Notes: generated by a model from the letters alone, not told the origin. Shown: positions 18,560 to 32,012, counted from the stretch's first letter. The stretch: DNA of 64,000 nucleotides from Candidatus Marinacidobacterium sp. (GCA_965202845.1 OZ241856.1:1027159-1091158); one strand, 5' to 3'. Translations and numbers: made by a program.

Positions 18560-21534
18560 GGGAATTGCTCCCCCAGCACGAAGTCCAGGACTTCGAGGTA
18601 GCGGTCGGCGTCGGCGTTCGAGAAGGTGAGCGGCGGCTTGAGCTTGATCACGTTGCGGTCGGGGCCGTCGGTACTGTTCAGGATGCGGCAGTCGTGGAGG
18701 CGGCGCACCAGTCTATGGGCTTCTTTTCCGGCTGGCGTCGGGGGATCGCCCGGGAACGCGAGCTCGAATCCCAGAAAGAGGCCGCGGCCCCGCGCGTCGG
18801 CGAGGATCGGGTGGGAACGCCCGAGCTCCCGGATGCCGTCCAGCAGGCGCTTTCCGACCGCCGCTGCATGCTCGGCCAGCCCCTCGTCCCGGATGACATC
18901 CAGCACCGCGATGCCGGCGGCGCAGGAGACCGGATTGCCGCCGAAGGTGTTGAAGTACTCCGGTCCGTTCTCGAAGGCGGCGGCGATGCGGCGGGTGGTG
19001 AGAACCGCTCCCAGCGGGTGCCCGTTTCCCGCCGGCTTGCCGACCGTCACGATGTCCGGGACCACCTCCTCGTCGGCCTGCATCTCCCGGAAGGCCCAGA
19101 ACGCCGGGCCGACGCGCCCGAATCCGGTCTGCACCTCATCGGCGACGATGACGCCGCCGGCCTCCCGGACGGCCCGGTAGAGCGCCCGGAGATAGCCGGG
19201 AGGCGGGACGATCTGTCCGCCGCAGCTGAGGATGGCTTCCGCGACCAGAGTCGCCGGGCCGGCTCGCGCCACCCGCTCCGTCATGTCCCGGATCAGCGCC
19301 TCCACCCAGTCCGGCCGGTCGCGCCGGAAGCGTCCCCGGAACCCGTCGGGCATCGGAAGCCGATGCAGCTCGGGGAGAGGGCGGGACGCTCCGGCGGCGT
19401 CCAGCTTGTAGGGACTGATCTCGATGAGCGAGGTCAGGTTGCCGTGGTAGCCGCCGTCGAAGACGAGCGTGTCCCTCCTTCCCAGGAAGGCGCGCGCCAG
19501 GCGGAGCGCCAGGTCGTTCGCCTCGCTTCCCGAGTTGGTGGGGAAAACCACCGAAAGCGGCGCCGGGAAGGTGGCGGCGAGCCGTTCGGCGTAGTCGGTC
19601 AGCTGCCGGTAGAGGTAGCGGGTGTTCGTGTTGAGCAGCCGGGACTGGCGGGCGATGGCCTCGGCGACTTTCGGATGGGCGTGCCCGACGTGACAGACGT
19701 TGTTCACCATGTCCAGGTAGTCGCGGCCCCGGTTGTCGTAGAGGCGGGTCTTCCGTCCCCGAACCACCGGGATCGGCGGGTCGTGGGTGAGGCTCAGCGC
19801 CCGACTGATGCGCTTGCGCCGCGCATCGAGCAGGTCCTCCGGGTCTTCCCGATCCGCCGAGACCCGCTCCGGATCCAGGCCCAGGAAGGCGGCGGGGTTG
19901 GGACTCATCGCCTCCAGGACTTCAAGGTCGGCGGGCGCCGCGACGCCCGGCGGGTCTTCGCCGAAGCCGAGATCGACCGCCAGCAGCTGGAAGTGGAGGT
20001 GGGGGGGCCATCCGCCGTTCTCCGCCGGTTCGCCGACGACGGCCAGACGCTCCCCGCGTCGCACCGGTTGACCGGGCTGGAGCCTGGCGAGGCAGTCCCG
20101 GCCCAGGTGTCCGTAGAGGGTCTGGAAGCCTCCCTCGTGCCGGATCGCGAGACAGGGACCGAACCCGAGCGGCTCGCTGTCTTCGCGGCGCCAGGCGATT
20201 TCGCCGTCCAGCGGGGCGACGACCGGCGTGCCGGCGGGGGCGAAGATGTCGATTCCCAGGTGGATGGTGCGCGTCTCCCGGGTCGGGGGATCCCCGACCT
20301 TCGGGAAGAATCCGGGGGCGGCGTAGAGCAGGCGGGGCTCGAGGTAGCGCCCGATGGAGACGCCCTCCGCCGGAATCGCGGCGGCGAGCGAGCCGATCGG
20401 GTCGGCGGGGTCCACCGCCGGGCTTTCGGGGCCGAGGTCCAGCGCCGGGGCGTCCGGCGGGACGGAGATCGGCGGGAGGGCGTTCCGGGCCGGCCCGTCC
20501 AGGGTGGCGGATGGCGGCCCGAAGCCGGCGGCGGCGCGGAAGCGGGCGTCGAGGAATCGCCCCGGAGTCCGGTCCAGTTCGGCGAGAACGCGCCAGACGC
20601 CCTCCTCGCTGGTGACCAGGTAGCTGTCGTTCAGGCGGTGACGCCGGGCGCTCACCGCGGCGCTCACCAGGGCCCGGGCCGCCAGCGCGACCCGGAACAG
20701 GTCGGCTTCCGGTTCCTGGACCGGATGGAGGGCGGAGTAGGCGCGGAACACCGCTTCGGCGCTTCGGAGCGGCTCCGCCGCCGAAAGCGACAGGTAGAGC
20801 GTGGCGCCCGCCGCTTCCATGATCCGCGGGCCGACGAGCGCATCGCCGAAGTCCAGAATCGCGAGAGATTCGACGGTCGCCTCCTCCGGATCGCCTTCCA
20901 GAAGCAGATTGTCGTCGTTCAGGTCGTTGTGGAGCGCGGCGGCGGGGAGGGCGAGCAGCGCCGGAAGCTCCGGCAGCACGGCGGCCGCGACCCGGCGGAA
21001 CCGCTCCGGATCGCGCAGATCGGTCGCGTTCCGGATGACATCCCCGAAGCGCGCCGGATTCCACGGAAGGTCAACCGGCGCCGGCGGGTCTGGCGGATTT
21101 CTGGAAAGGGCGAGCTGGAGCCGCGCAGCCAGCTCCCCGACCGCCCGCAGCAGCGCCGGGGGACGGCGGCGAAAGCGGGAGAGCGGGACGCCGGGGAGCC
21201 GGGGGAAGAGGCGCGCCAGGTGGTCGCGTCCGCCGAAGGCGCATCGAACGCGGGTCGTTCCGTCGGGAAGGGGAAGCGGCTCGGCGACCCGGAGGCCGGG
21301 GTCGGCGGTTTGCGCCGCCCGCGCCATGCCGCCCTCGAAGGCGATCCGCTCCGGGGAGACGCCGCTCGCGCTGATCTTGAGGATGTGGCGGGCGCCGATG
21401 GCGAAGTTGGCGTCGCGTTCGCCGGGGAGGCGGGTCGCCGCGGCGTCGGAAATCCTCCAGTGGCGGGCGGCGATCCGACCAGCGGCGTCCGTCGGGACGT
21501 CGGGACGCCCCGAAATCGGATCTTCCGGGCGCAT
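18556..21534 (-). CDS. Tri-domain protein: APH-like phosphotransferase + M23 peptidase domain + class-III aminotransferase (phospho-lyase-like)
   Basis: N-terminus: ALHNDLNDDNLLL...ILDFGDA (kinase catalytic and DFG-like motifs). Middle: HLGIDIFAPAGTPVVAPLDGEI...HLHFQL (M23/LytM). C-terminus: YDNRGRDYLDMVNNVCHVGHAHPKV...ADEVQTGFGRVG...VGKPAGNGHPLGAV (PLP fold type I, class III). Confidence 0.7.
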   Translation of the reverse strand: MRPEDPISGRPDVPTDAAGRIAARHWRISDAAATRLPGERDANFAIGARHILKISASGVSPERIAFEGGMARAAQTADPGLRVAEPLPLPDGTTRVRCAFGGRDHLARLFPRLPGVPLSRFRRRPPALLRAVGELAARLQLALSRNPPDPPAPVDLPWNPARFGDVIRNATDLRDPERFRRVAAAVLPELPALLALPAAALHNDLNDDNLLLEGDPEEATVESLAILDFGDALVGPRIMEAAGATLYLSLSAAEPLRSAEAVFRAYSALHPVQEPEADLFRVALAARALVSAAVSARRHRLNDSYLVTSEEGVWRVLAELDRTPGRFLDARFRAAAGFGPPSATLDGPARNALPPISVPPDAPALDLGPESPAVDPADPIGSLAAAIPAEGVSIGRYLEPRLLYAAPGFFPKVGDPPTRETRTIHLGIDIFAPAGTPVVAPLDGEIAWRREDSEPLGFGPCLAIRHEGGFQTLYGHLGRDCLARLQPGQPVRRGERLAVVGEPAENGGWPPHLHFQLLAVDLGFGEDPPGVAAPADLEVLEAMSPNPAAFLGLDPERVSADREDPEDLLDARRKRISRALSLTHDPPIPVVRGRKTRLYDNRGRDYLDMVNNVCHVGHAHPKVAEAIARQSRLLNTNTRYLYRQLTDYAERLAATFPAPLSVVFPTNSGSEANDLALRLARAFLGRRDTLVFDGGYHGNLTSLIEISPYKLDAAGASRPLPELHRLPMPDGFRGRFRRDRPDWVEALIRDMTERVARAGPATLVAEAILSCGGQIVPPPGYLRALYRAVREAGGVIVADEVQTGFGRVGPAFWAFREMQADEEVVPDIVTVGKPAGNGHPLGAVLTTRRIAAAFENGPEYFNTFGGNPVSCAAGIAVLDVIRDEGLAEHAAAVGKRLLDGIRELGRSHPILADARGRGLFLGFELAFPGDPPTPAGKEAHRLVRRLHDCRILNSTDGPDRNVIKLKPPLTFSNADADRYLEVLDFVLGEQFP

Positions 21535-22908
21535 CTAGCGGAGCAGGCGCCGGATCAGCCCCAGCTTGCCGGCGTAGGGGGGATAGCGAATCGGCGGGTC
21601 GAGCCGGGAGCCGGTGAGCGTCGCCCGGGGCCGGGAGAGCCGGTCGAAGCCGTAGCGCCCGTGGTAGGCGCCGGTTCCGCTTCGTCCCACGCCGCCGAAG
21701 GGAAGCCACGGGGTCGCGCAGTGGATCACCGTGTCGCGCACGACCAGCGCCCCGCAGGGGGTCCGCCGCGCCGCCCGTCCCAGCGGACTGCGGAGCGATC
21801 CGAAGTGGTAGACGGCGAGCGGTTCCGGATTTTCGGCGATCCGCGCCAGCGCCTCCTCCGGGGAGCGGTACGGGAGCACCGGCAGGATGGGGCCGAAGAT
21901 CTCCTCGCTTCCGGCGGGATGGCCCGGAGGCCACGGCCCGGTGATCGTCGGCGCCAGGTAACGCTCGTCCCGATCCGCCTCTCCGCCGGCGTGAACCGGA
22001 AGGCCGCGCAGCAGGCCGAGGAGGCGCTCCAGGCGCTCTCGATTCACGATACGGGCGTAATCGGGGCTGATCGCCGGGTCGGCCCCGTAGAACCGCTTGA
22101 TGTTCGCCTTCAAGAAGTGGATGAAGTCGGCGACCCGACGCTCCGGGACCAGCACGTAGTCGGGCGCGACGCAGGTCTGGCCGGCGTTGAGGAACTTTCC
22201 CCAGGCGATCCGCCGGGCTGCCTGCTTCAGGTCGGCGGAGTCCTCGAGGATCGCCGGGCACTTGCCGCCGAGTTCCAGGGTCGTCGGGGTGAGGGTCCGG
22301 CCGGCCGCTTCCGCCACCCGCGCTCCGGTCCGCCGGCTCCCGGTGAACAGGATGTGGTCGAACCCTCCCTCCCGTACGAGCGTCTCCCCGGTTTTCGGTC
22401 CGCCGGGTACGACCGCCGCCAGTCCTTCGGGGAGCGCTTCGGGAAGCAGACGGGCGAGGAGGTCGGCAGTGCGCGGCGCGAACTCGGAAGGCTTGAGGAC
22501 GACGGCGTTTCCGGCGGCGATCGCCGAAACCAGCGGCGCCAGCGAAAGCTGGACCGGATAATTCCAGGGGGCGATCACCAAAACGACGCCCAGGGGGACC
22601 GGCTCGACCCGGCTCCGCGCCGGGAACAGGGCGAGCGGGGACGGGCGGGGAACCGGCCGCATCCAGATCCGGAGATGCTGGCGGGCGTGGCGGATTTCGG
22701 CGAGGACGATGCCGATTTCGGTGGCCCAGGACTCGAAGGCGCCCTTGCCGAGATCGGCCATGAGCGCCGTTTCGAAGTCGCTCCGCCGTTCCTGGAGCAG
22801 GCGGGCGAGCGCTCCAAGGGCGCGGTTCCGGAATTCATGCGGGAGGGTGGCGCCGCTCGCCGCCAGGGTTCGCGCCCGGCGGATGGCGTCGTCCCGCATC
22901 TCGTCCAA
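21535..22908 (-). CDS. Aldehyde dehydrogenase family protein
   Basis: ELGGKCPAIL (catalytic Cys) and FTGSRRTG. 457 aa. Confidence 0.85.
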   Translation of the reverse strand: MDEMRDDAIRRARTLAASGATLPHEFRNRALGALARLLQERRSDFETALMADLGKGAFESWATEIGIVLAEIRHARQHLRIWMRPVPRPSPLALFPARSRVEPVPLGVVLVIAPWNYPVQLSLAPLVSAIAAGNAVVLKPSEFAPRTADLLARLLPEALPEGLAAVVPGGPKTGETLVREGGFDHILFTGSRRTGARVAEAAGRTLTPTTLELGGKCPAILEDSADLKQAARRIAWGKFLNAGQTCVAPDYVLVPERRVADFIHFLKANIKRFYGADPAISPDYARIVNRERLERLLGLLRGLPVHAGGEADRDERYLAPTITGPWPPGHPAGSEEIFGPILPVLPYRSPEEALARIAENPEPLAVYHFGSLRSPLGRAARRTPCGALVVRDTVIHCATPWLPFGGVGRSGTGAYHGRYGFDRLSRPRATLTGSRLDPPIRYPPYAGKLGLIRRLLR

Positions 22909-23045
22909 GGGGGCGCGAGTATACGGCTGGACCCGCCTTCACGACCAGCGCGCCGGAGATCGGGCGGGCGAACCGGCTGGGCGCGCTCGCTGGCGTTCGA
23001 GGGAACGCTCAGCTGGTAGAGCCCGCGCCGCCGGTCGGTCGGCGG

Positions 23046-23465
23046 CTACAACGTCAGGGTCAGCCTGATGAGGGAGAAGACGAGTCCGCCGCCCAGGATG
23101 ATCAGCGGTCCGCCAATCCACTTCACGAGGCTGATCTTGGCGGCCTGGATGTTCGCAATCGTGTCCTTCCGCAGCCCTTCGATGTCCTTCTTCGTCTCGT
23201 TCCGCAGGGTCTCGATGGCCAGCTCCACTCGTGCGATGTCCTTCTTCGTGTCCTCCCGCAGGGTCTCGATGGCCACCTGCGTCTCCTTGCGCAGGGTCTC
23301 GATGGCCAGCTCCACTCGCGCGATGTCGTCCTTCGTCGCCAAGCTGGCGTGGATCGCGCCGGCCTGCGCTTCGGCCAGCGTCTCGGCCTGCTGCTCGGTG
23401 AACCCGCCCCCGATCAGCTGCTTGGCGTAGCGGAGGGTGTCGAACGCGGGCGCGACTTCAAGCAT
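23046..23465 (-). CDS. DUF1640/XhlA-like coiled-coil membrane protein
   Basis: Internal repeats IARVELAIETLRKET / IARVELAIETLRNET. C-terminal TM segment WIGGPLIILGGGLVFSLI. Confidence 0.5.
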   Translation of the reverse strand: MLEVAPAFDTLRYAKQLIGGGFTEQQAETLAEAQAGAIHASLATKDDIARVELAIETLRKETQVAIETLREDTKKDIARVELAIETLRNETKKDIEGLRKDTIANIQAAKISLVKWIGGPLIILGGGLVFSLIRLTLTL

Positions 23466-23507
23466 GGTCCGATTATAGGTCAGCGGCTGGGGAATTCGCG
23501 GCGAGCG

Positions 23508-23575
23508 GATGCTTGGCGCAGCGGAGGGTGTCGAACGCGGGAACGACGTTCAGGCGTGGTCCGATCCCATTAGAC
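23508..23575 (-). repeat. Degenerate duplicate of the 5' end of the DUF1640-like gene
   Basis: About 80% identical to 23411..23478 (cttggcg[ct]agcggagggtgtcgaacgcggg...). The copy lacks ATG. Confidence 0.5.
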
Positions 23576-23588
23576 TGCATGCCCGACC

Positions 23589-24161
23589 ATGTCCGCGCGC
23601 CATCTCGTCCTCGGCAATCCGCTCGCTCCCCCCTGGCCTGCGGGAACGGAGGAGAGCTTCTTCGGGATGGGGTGTTTCTGGGGCGCCGAACGCCTCTTCT
23701 GGGAGACGGACGGCGTCCACGTCACCGCGGTGGGCTACGCCGGGGGAACCGCCGTGAACCCCACGTACCGCGAGGTCTGCTCGGGGCGCACCGGGCACGC
23801 GGAGATCGTCCGGGTGGCGTTCGATCCGGGGCGCGTCGCCTACGAGGAGCTGCTCCGGCGGTTCTGGGAGAACCACGATCCCACCCAGGGGATGCGACAG
23901 GGGAACGACGTCGGGGCCCAGTACCGGTCGGCGCTCTACACGGTGGGGGCGGCGCAGCGGGAGGCGGCGCTCCTCTCCCGCGATCGCTTCCAGGAGCGGC
24001 TGCGCGAAGCGGGGTACGGGGCGATCACCACCGAAATCCGCGAAGCGCCGGACTTCCACTACGCGGAGGAGTACCACCAGCAGTACCTCGTCCGGAATCC
24101 CGACGGCTACTGCGGCCTCGCCGGAACCGGGGTCTCCTGTCCGGTGGGCGTCGTCGGCTGA
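23589..24161 (+). CDS. msrA: Peptide methionine sulfoxide reductase MsrA
   Basis: GMGCFWGAE signature. 190 aa. Confidence 0.9.
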   Translation: MSARHLVLGNPLAPPWPAGTEESFFGMGCFWGAERLFWETDGVHVTAVGYAGGTAVNPTYREVCSGRTGHAEIVRVAFDPGRVAYEELLRRFWENHDPTQGMRQGNDVGAQYRSALYTVGAAQREAALLSRDRFQERLREAGYGAITTEIREAPDFHYAEEYHQQYLVRNPDGYCGLAGTGVSCPVGVVG

Positions 24162-24165
24162 CGCG

Positions 24166-24546
24166 ATGCCGTGGGCCCGCGCTGGCGAACGATTCGCCGA
24201 GTTGGGCTTCGGCCGGATTCGGCGGCACATCCTGCTCTGCGTGGATCCCGCCAAGCCGAAGTGCTGTTCCCGGGAATGCTCGCTGGAATCCTGGCGCTTC
24301 CTCAAGGAGCGGCTGGACGAACTGGGCCTCGCCAGCGGACCGGACGGCGGTCCGGTGGCGCGCACCAAGGCGAACTGCCTGCGCATCTGCGCCGACGGTC
24401 CGGTGGCGGTGGTCTGGCCCGATGGCGTCTGGTACGCCGGGATGACCCCGAAGGCGCTGGAACGGGTGATCCGGGAGCATCTGGGGGAGGGGCGCCCGGT
24501 TGCGGACTACCGGATTGCGGCGCCGAAGCCCGAGGCAAAAGCCTGA
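24166..24546 (+). CDS. Thioredoxin-like (2Fe-2S) ferredoxin domain protein
   Basis: Cys pattern C..KCCSREC...CLRIC, typical of NuoE/HoxF-like thioredoxin-fold [2Fe-2S] proteins. 126 aa. Confidence 0.5.
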   Translation: MPWARAGERFAELGFGRIRRHILLCVDPAKPKCCSRECSLESWRFLKERLDELGLASGPDGGPVARTKANCLRICADGPVAVVWPDGVWYAGMTPKALERVIREHLGEGRPVADYRIAAPKPEAKA

Positions 24547-24554
24547 GTCGGGGC

Positions 24555-28199
<3,645 letters not shown>

Positions 28200-28254
28200 G
28201 GCGGAAGTTTAGGAAGGGGGGGCGCCGGGTAGGATTGCCCCCCCTGATCCAGCC

Positions 28255-29484
28255 ATGAGCCGCATCCCGCTCCACGTTCAAGTCCTCGTCGGCGCCGCCG
28301 CCGGAATTCTGGTCGGGGTGGTGGTCGGCGAGCCGGCCGCGCTGCTCCAGCCGGTCGCCGACCTGTTCGTGAAGCTGCTGCGGATGATCATCGCGCCGAT
28401 GGTCTTCTTGACCCTTTCGGTGGCGATCCTGGGCCAGGGAGCGGGCGCGATGTCGGGGATCGGACTGCGGGCGGTCGCCTACAACCTGGCCACGCTCGCG
28501 GTCGCGCTGGGGATCGGGATCGGCTTCGGCGTCGCGCTGGCGCCGGGAGCGGGGATGGACGCCGCGACCCGGGAGGCGCTCCAGGCGAGCGGAACGGCCC
28601 CGGCGGTCGCCGGCGAGACGCAGTCGGCGTTCGAAATCCTGAGCGGGATCGTCCCCGGCAACGTCTTCTCCGCGTTCGTGGAGGGGAACGTGCTCCAGAT
28701 CCTGTTCCTTGCGATCCTGTTCGGGGGCGCGGTCCGGGCGGTCGGGCCGGCGCGTCTCCAGGGACTGGTCGACGTGACGCAGGGGCTTCACGACCTGGTG
28801 TACCGCGTCGTGCACTGGGTGGTGCGGCTCGCCCCGGTGGGGGTCTTCGCCATCCTCGCCGCGGTGGTGGGCGCGTCCGGACTCGGCATCCTGGGCGCCC
28901 TCGCCTGGTATGTGGCGGTGGTCTTCCTGGCGACCTTCGCGCACGTGTCGCTCGTGCACTGCGGCGCGGTGCGGCTTCTCGCCGGCCAGCCGCTCGGCCG
29001 GTTCTTCCGGGCGCTCCGGGAGCCGCTTCCCATCGCCTTCGCCTCGGTCTCGACCGCGGCCGCGCTTCCGGTCTCGATGGTTTCGGTCCCGCGGGAAACC
29101 GGCATTTCCGAGCGGGCGGCCGGTTTCGTGCTCCCGCTGGGGGCGGCGGTGGGACGCGATTCGAGCGGGATCTACCAGGTGGTCTCGGTGCTGTGCATCG
29201 CCCAGCTGGCGTCGCAGCCGCTCGCCGGGCCGGAGCTGCTGATCCTGTGGGGAACCGCGATCCTGACTTCGCTCGCAGTGGCGGGAGCGCCCGGCGCGAG
29301 CTTCGTGAATCTGGCCATCCTGCTGGAGGCGGTGGGGCTTCCGGTCCCGCTGGCCGCGCTGATTTTCGCGGTGGAGCGGCCGCTGGACCACCTGCGCACC
29401 AGCGGGAATCTGATCGGCCAGTTCGCCAACGCGGTGTTCACCGGAGCGACCGGCGGAGAGATGCGACGCGCCGATGCCGCTTGA
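28255..29484 (+). CDS. Dicarboxylate/amino acid:cation symporter (DAACS family)
   Basis: 409 aa, polytopic. The N-terminus LVGAAAGILVGVVVGE...FVKLLRMIIAPMVF is typical of GltP/DctA. Confidence 0.8.
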   Translation: MSRIPLHVQVLVGAAAGILVGVVVGEPAALLQPVADLFVKLLRMIIAPMVFLTLSVAILGQGAGAMSGIGLRAVAYNLATLAVALGIGIGFGVALAPGAGMDAATREALQASGTAPAVAGETQSAFEILSGIVPGNVFSAFVEGNVLQILFLAILFGGAVRAVGPARLQGLVDVTQGLHDLVYRVVHWVVRLAPVGVFAILAAVVGASGLGILGALAWYVAVVFLATFAHVSLVHCGAVRLLAGQPLGRFFRALREPLPIAFASVSTAAALPVSMVSVPRETGISERAAGFVLPLGAAVGRDSSGIYQVVSVLCIAQLASQPLAGPELLILWGTAILTSLAVAGAPGASFVNLAILLEAVGLPVPLAALIFAVERPLDHLRTSGNLIGQFANAVFTGATGGEMRRADAA

Positions 29485-30403
29485 ACGACGGGCGGCGGCT
29501 TTCTGGCTGCTGTTGTGCGCCGTCCTCCAGGCGTGCGGGAACGGCGGACCGGCGGCGGGGCCGGTTCCTTCGCCTCCCGCGCCCGATGCGAGCTTTCGCG
29601 GGGTGGTGACCGCCACCGTCGCCGGAACGCCGGTGGCCGGGGCGACGCTGCGCGCCGGGGGGCGGACCGCCCGCACCGCGTCCGACGGGAGTTTCGGGCT
29701 GGACCTGCCCGCCGGGGAGCACCGGCTGACCCTTTCCGCTCCCGGATTCGTGGAGCGCGCGACCACAGTTCGCTCCCCGAATCCCGAGGCACGCCTGGAC
29801 ATCATTTCCACCGCCGCTCCCTGGGATTTGGCGTTCTACCGCGAGCTGGTCCGCAACGGAGCGGGAGGGGGCGACCTGGAGCCGTTGCGGCGCTGGACCG
29901 TCGAACCGGCGTTCCACATCGACGCCCGCCCCGAACCCACCACCGGCGATCCGGTCCCGGAGGAGGCGATCGCGCTGGTTCAGAGGGCCATCCGGGAGAC
30001 GGTTCCGCTGCTCACCGGGGGGCGCTTCACCGGCGAGCGCATCCACGTCTCCCGCGACCCGCCGGAGGACATGACTCCGGGAACGGTGGTGCTGCGCTGG
30101 AACGCCGCCGAAGTGGAGGATCGGATCGGGGTCGGGGACGCCTTCGCCTACCGGGTGGGCGGGCCGGCGAACGTGGTGGTGTTCCGCCACTTCGAGCAGA
30201 CGTTCGCCGCCTGGCACGAGATCGGCCATGTGCTGGGCCTCTACCACCCGCTGGGCGGCTTCCGGCCGTCGCACATGTGGTACTCCGGCGAGCTGGCGCC
30301 GCCCCATTTCACCGAGTGGGACATCTTCCACTCCCGGGTTCTCTACAGCCGCCCGCCGGGAAATCTCGATGTGGACGTGGACCCCGCCGGCTCCGTGAGG
30401 TAG
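29474..30403 (+). CDS. Lipoprotein metzincin-type zinc metalloprotease
   Basis: Lipobox LLCAVLQAC. HEIGHVLGLYH (HExxHxxGxxH). Carboxypeptidase-regulatory-like N-domain. Confidence 0.6.
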   Translation: MPLERRAAAFWLLLCAVLQACGNGGPAAGPVPSPPAPDASFRGVVTATVAGTPVAGATLRAGGRTARTASDGSFGLDLPAGEHRLTLSAPGFVERATTVRSPNPEARLDIISTAAPWDLAFYRELVRNGAGGGDLEPLRRWTVEPAFHIDARPEPTTGDPVPEEAIALVQRAIRETVPLLTGGRFTGERIHVSRDPPEDMTPGTVVLRWNAAEVEDRIGVGDAFAYRVGGPANVVVFRHFEQTFAAWHEIGHVLGLYHPLGGFRPSHMWYSGELAPPHFTEWDIFHSRVLYSRPPGNLDVDVDPAGSVR

Positions 30404-30425
30404 AGATCGTTCAGGTAGAGATCGC

Positions 30426-32012
30426 TCAGGGAACGATCAGGTTGCGCCGGAGGCGGCTCGCCGCCGGGTCCCCAAGCGCGGCATCCAGCCGTTCGACGAA
30501 GCCGGGGCCGTAGCGAGCGAAAAACACCAGCGGTCCGAGTCGGCGCTCCTGGGGGCGGCCGCCCGGAAACAGCGCGTTGCGGGCGCGGAGGAAGCGCTGC
30601 CGGCGTTCCCCGTCGCGCCGCTTCGCGGCGCGGAGCGCCTTGCCCTCGAGATCCTGGAGAACCCGAAGCATGCGGCCGCGGGCGCGCGCCACCGCTCCGG
30701 CCAGACTGGCGTCCAGGGCGCCGAGCGCCGCCTCCACGTCCTGAAGCCGCTCCACCGTCGCCGCTTGCGCCGCCGCCAGCGCCTCCACCGAAGCGGCGTC
30801 CCCGGCGCGCCTGTTCAGCGCCGCCTCGTCGGAAGCGGCCAGCTCGTCGAACGGGATGCCGTCCTCCTGGAGAACCCGCAGGTTCGCGGGCTGGAGGACG
30901 GCGACCAGGTGCCGCGGCAGGACCAGCGGACGCGGAATCCGGTGGAGGTCGTAGAGGTCGCCGATCTGGGCGTGGTAGGCCATCTCGGAGGGACCCGCTA
31001 CGTAGGCCGCGGTGGGCAGCAGGAAGTCCTGGATCAGCGGGCGCAGCAGCACCGCGGCGCTGAGCCGCTCCGGCTGGTCGGCGCTTTCCGGTCCGGGCGG
31101 CTCCAGGCGAACCCGGCGCCCGTCGTCCCCGGTGCGAAACACGCCGTATCCGGTGGGGCTGGCCTGGGCGGGAAAGCCGGCGGCGACGCACCCGGCCGTC
31201 CGGGCGGCGACCCGCCGGCGCGCCTCCTCCTGGATGTCCAGCGCCTTTTGGTAGACCGGCAGGGCGAGCCGTTTCAGCGCCGGGTCGCTCGGATCCATCA
31301 CCACCAGGCCGGTTCCCCGGCTGCACCAGGCAAGGAGCCGGCAGAAGGCTTCCGCGAGCGTGCGTCCGGGGGCGTAGGCGTCGCGCGCCGCCGCGAGCGC
31401 GTCTGCGGCGAATTCGCTCGGAGGGAGCCGGGCGGCGAATTCGTCCAGCAGGGTCGTGATGTTCCGATCCAGCTTCCGCGCCGAACCGGGAAGTCCGGGC
31501 GCTTCTTCGTCCGGCTGGTAGCGCAGCATCGCCGGCTGTCCGTCGGCGTCCAGCAGCCAGGTGGAGCGGACCTCCTCGAAGTCGTGGTCGTCGCCCTCCA
31601 CCCAGAAGACCGGAATCGCCTCCCGGCCGGTTTGCTCCTGGAACTGGCGCGCCGCCGCCGCCGCCGAAATCGCCTTCGCCAACCCGTAGAGCGGCCCTCC
31701 CAGGAGTCCCGGCTGCTGGCCGGTCACGATGGCGACCGAAGCGGGATCCCGGAGGCGGGCGGCGGATGCGAGCGCCTTCCGGTCGGCCCCCCAACGCCGG
31801 TTCGCCTCGACGAGCGCCGTCGCCACCGCTTCCCTGGGGCGTTCCAGGCGCAGCGCGCGTTCCGCCGCCTGGATGGCGGCGTCGGGGGGGAACGGGTCGG
31901 GGAGGAATTCGGCGAAGCGTTCCGGCTCTTTGGCCCACTTCGGAAAGAACCCTCCGTCGGGCAGGTCCAGCGTGCCGGCCAGCGCCCGGGGGCGTTCGTC
32001 GGACGGGCTCAC
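30426..32012 (-). CDS. bshC: Bacillithiol biosynthesis cysteine-adding enzyme BshC
   Basis: AIVTGQQPGLLGGPLYGLAKAISAAAAARQFQEQTGREAIPVFWVEGDDHDFEEV matches the BshC TGQQ / DHD core. The proposed GTG start overlaps the lepB stop as GTGA. The long upstream run-on of the track ORF is rejected. Confidence 0.7.
   Translation of the reverse strand: MSPSDERPRALAGTLDLPDGGFFPKWAKEPERFAEFLPDPFPPDAAIQAAERALRLERPREAVATALVEANRRWGADRKALASAARLRDPASVAIVTGQQPGLLGGPLYGLAKAISAAAAARQFQEQTGREAIPVFWVEGDDHDFEEVRSTWLLDADGQPAMLRYQPDEEAPGLPGSARKLDRNITTLLDEFAARLPPSEFAADALAAARDAYAPGRTLAEAFCRLLAWCSRGTGLVVMDPSDPALKRLALPVYQKALDIQEEARRRVAARTAGCVAAGFPAQASPTGYGVFRTGDDGRRVRLEPPGPESADQPERLSAAVLLRPLIQDFLLPTAAYVAGPSEMAYHAQIGDLYDLHRIPRPLVLPRHLVAVLQPANLRVLQEDGIPFDELAASDEAALNRRAGDAASVEALAAAQAATVERLQDVEAALGALDASLAGAVARARGRMLRVLQDLEGKALRAAKRRDGERRQRFLRARNALFPGGRPQERRLGPLVFFARYGPGFVERLDAALGDPAASRLRRNLIVP

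Noticed and set aside
18565-23019. 1484-aa plus-strand ORF
   Set aside because: It runs antisense to the aldehyde dehydrogenase and fusion-protein genes. Composition is junk and it has no motifs.
23005-23030. tRNA-like D-arm motif GCTCAGCTGGTAGAGC
   Set aside because: No acceptor stem, anticodon arm or T-arm (GTTCGAATC-like) could be built around it. It is probably part of a hairpin downstream of the DUF1640-like gene. It could be a tRNA-gene remnant, but that is unsupported.
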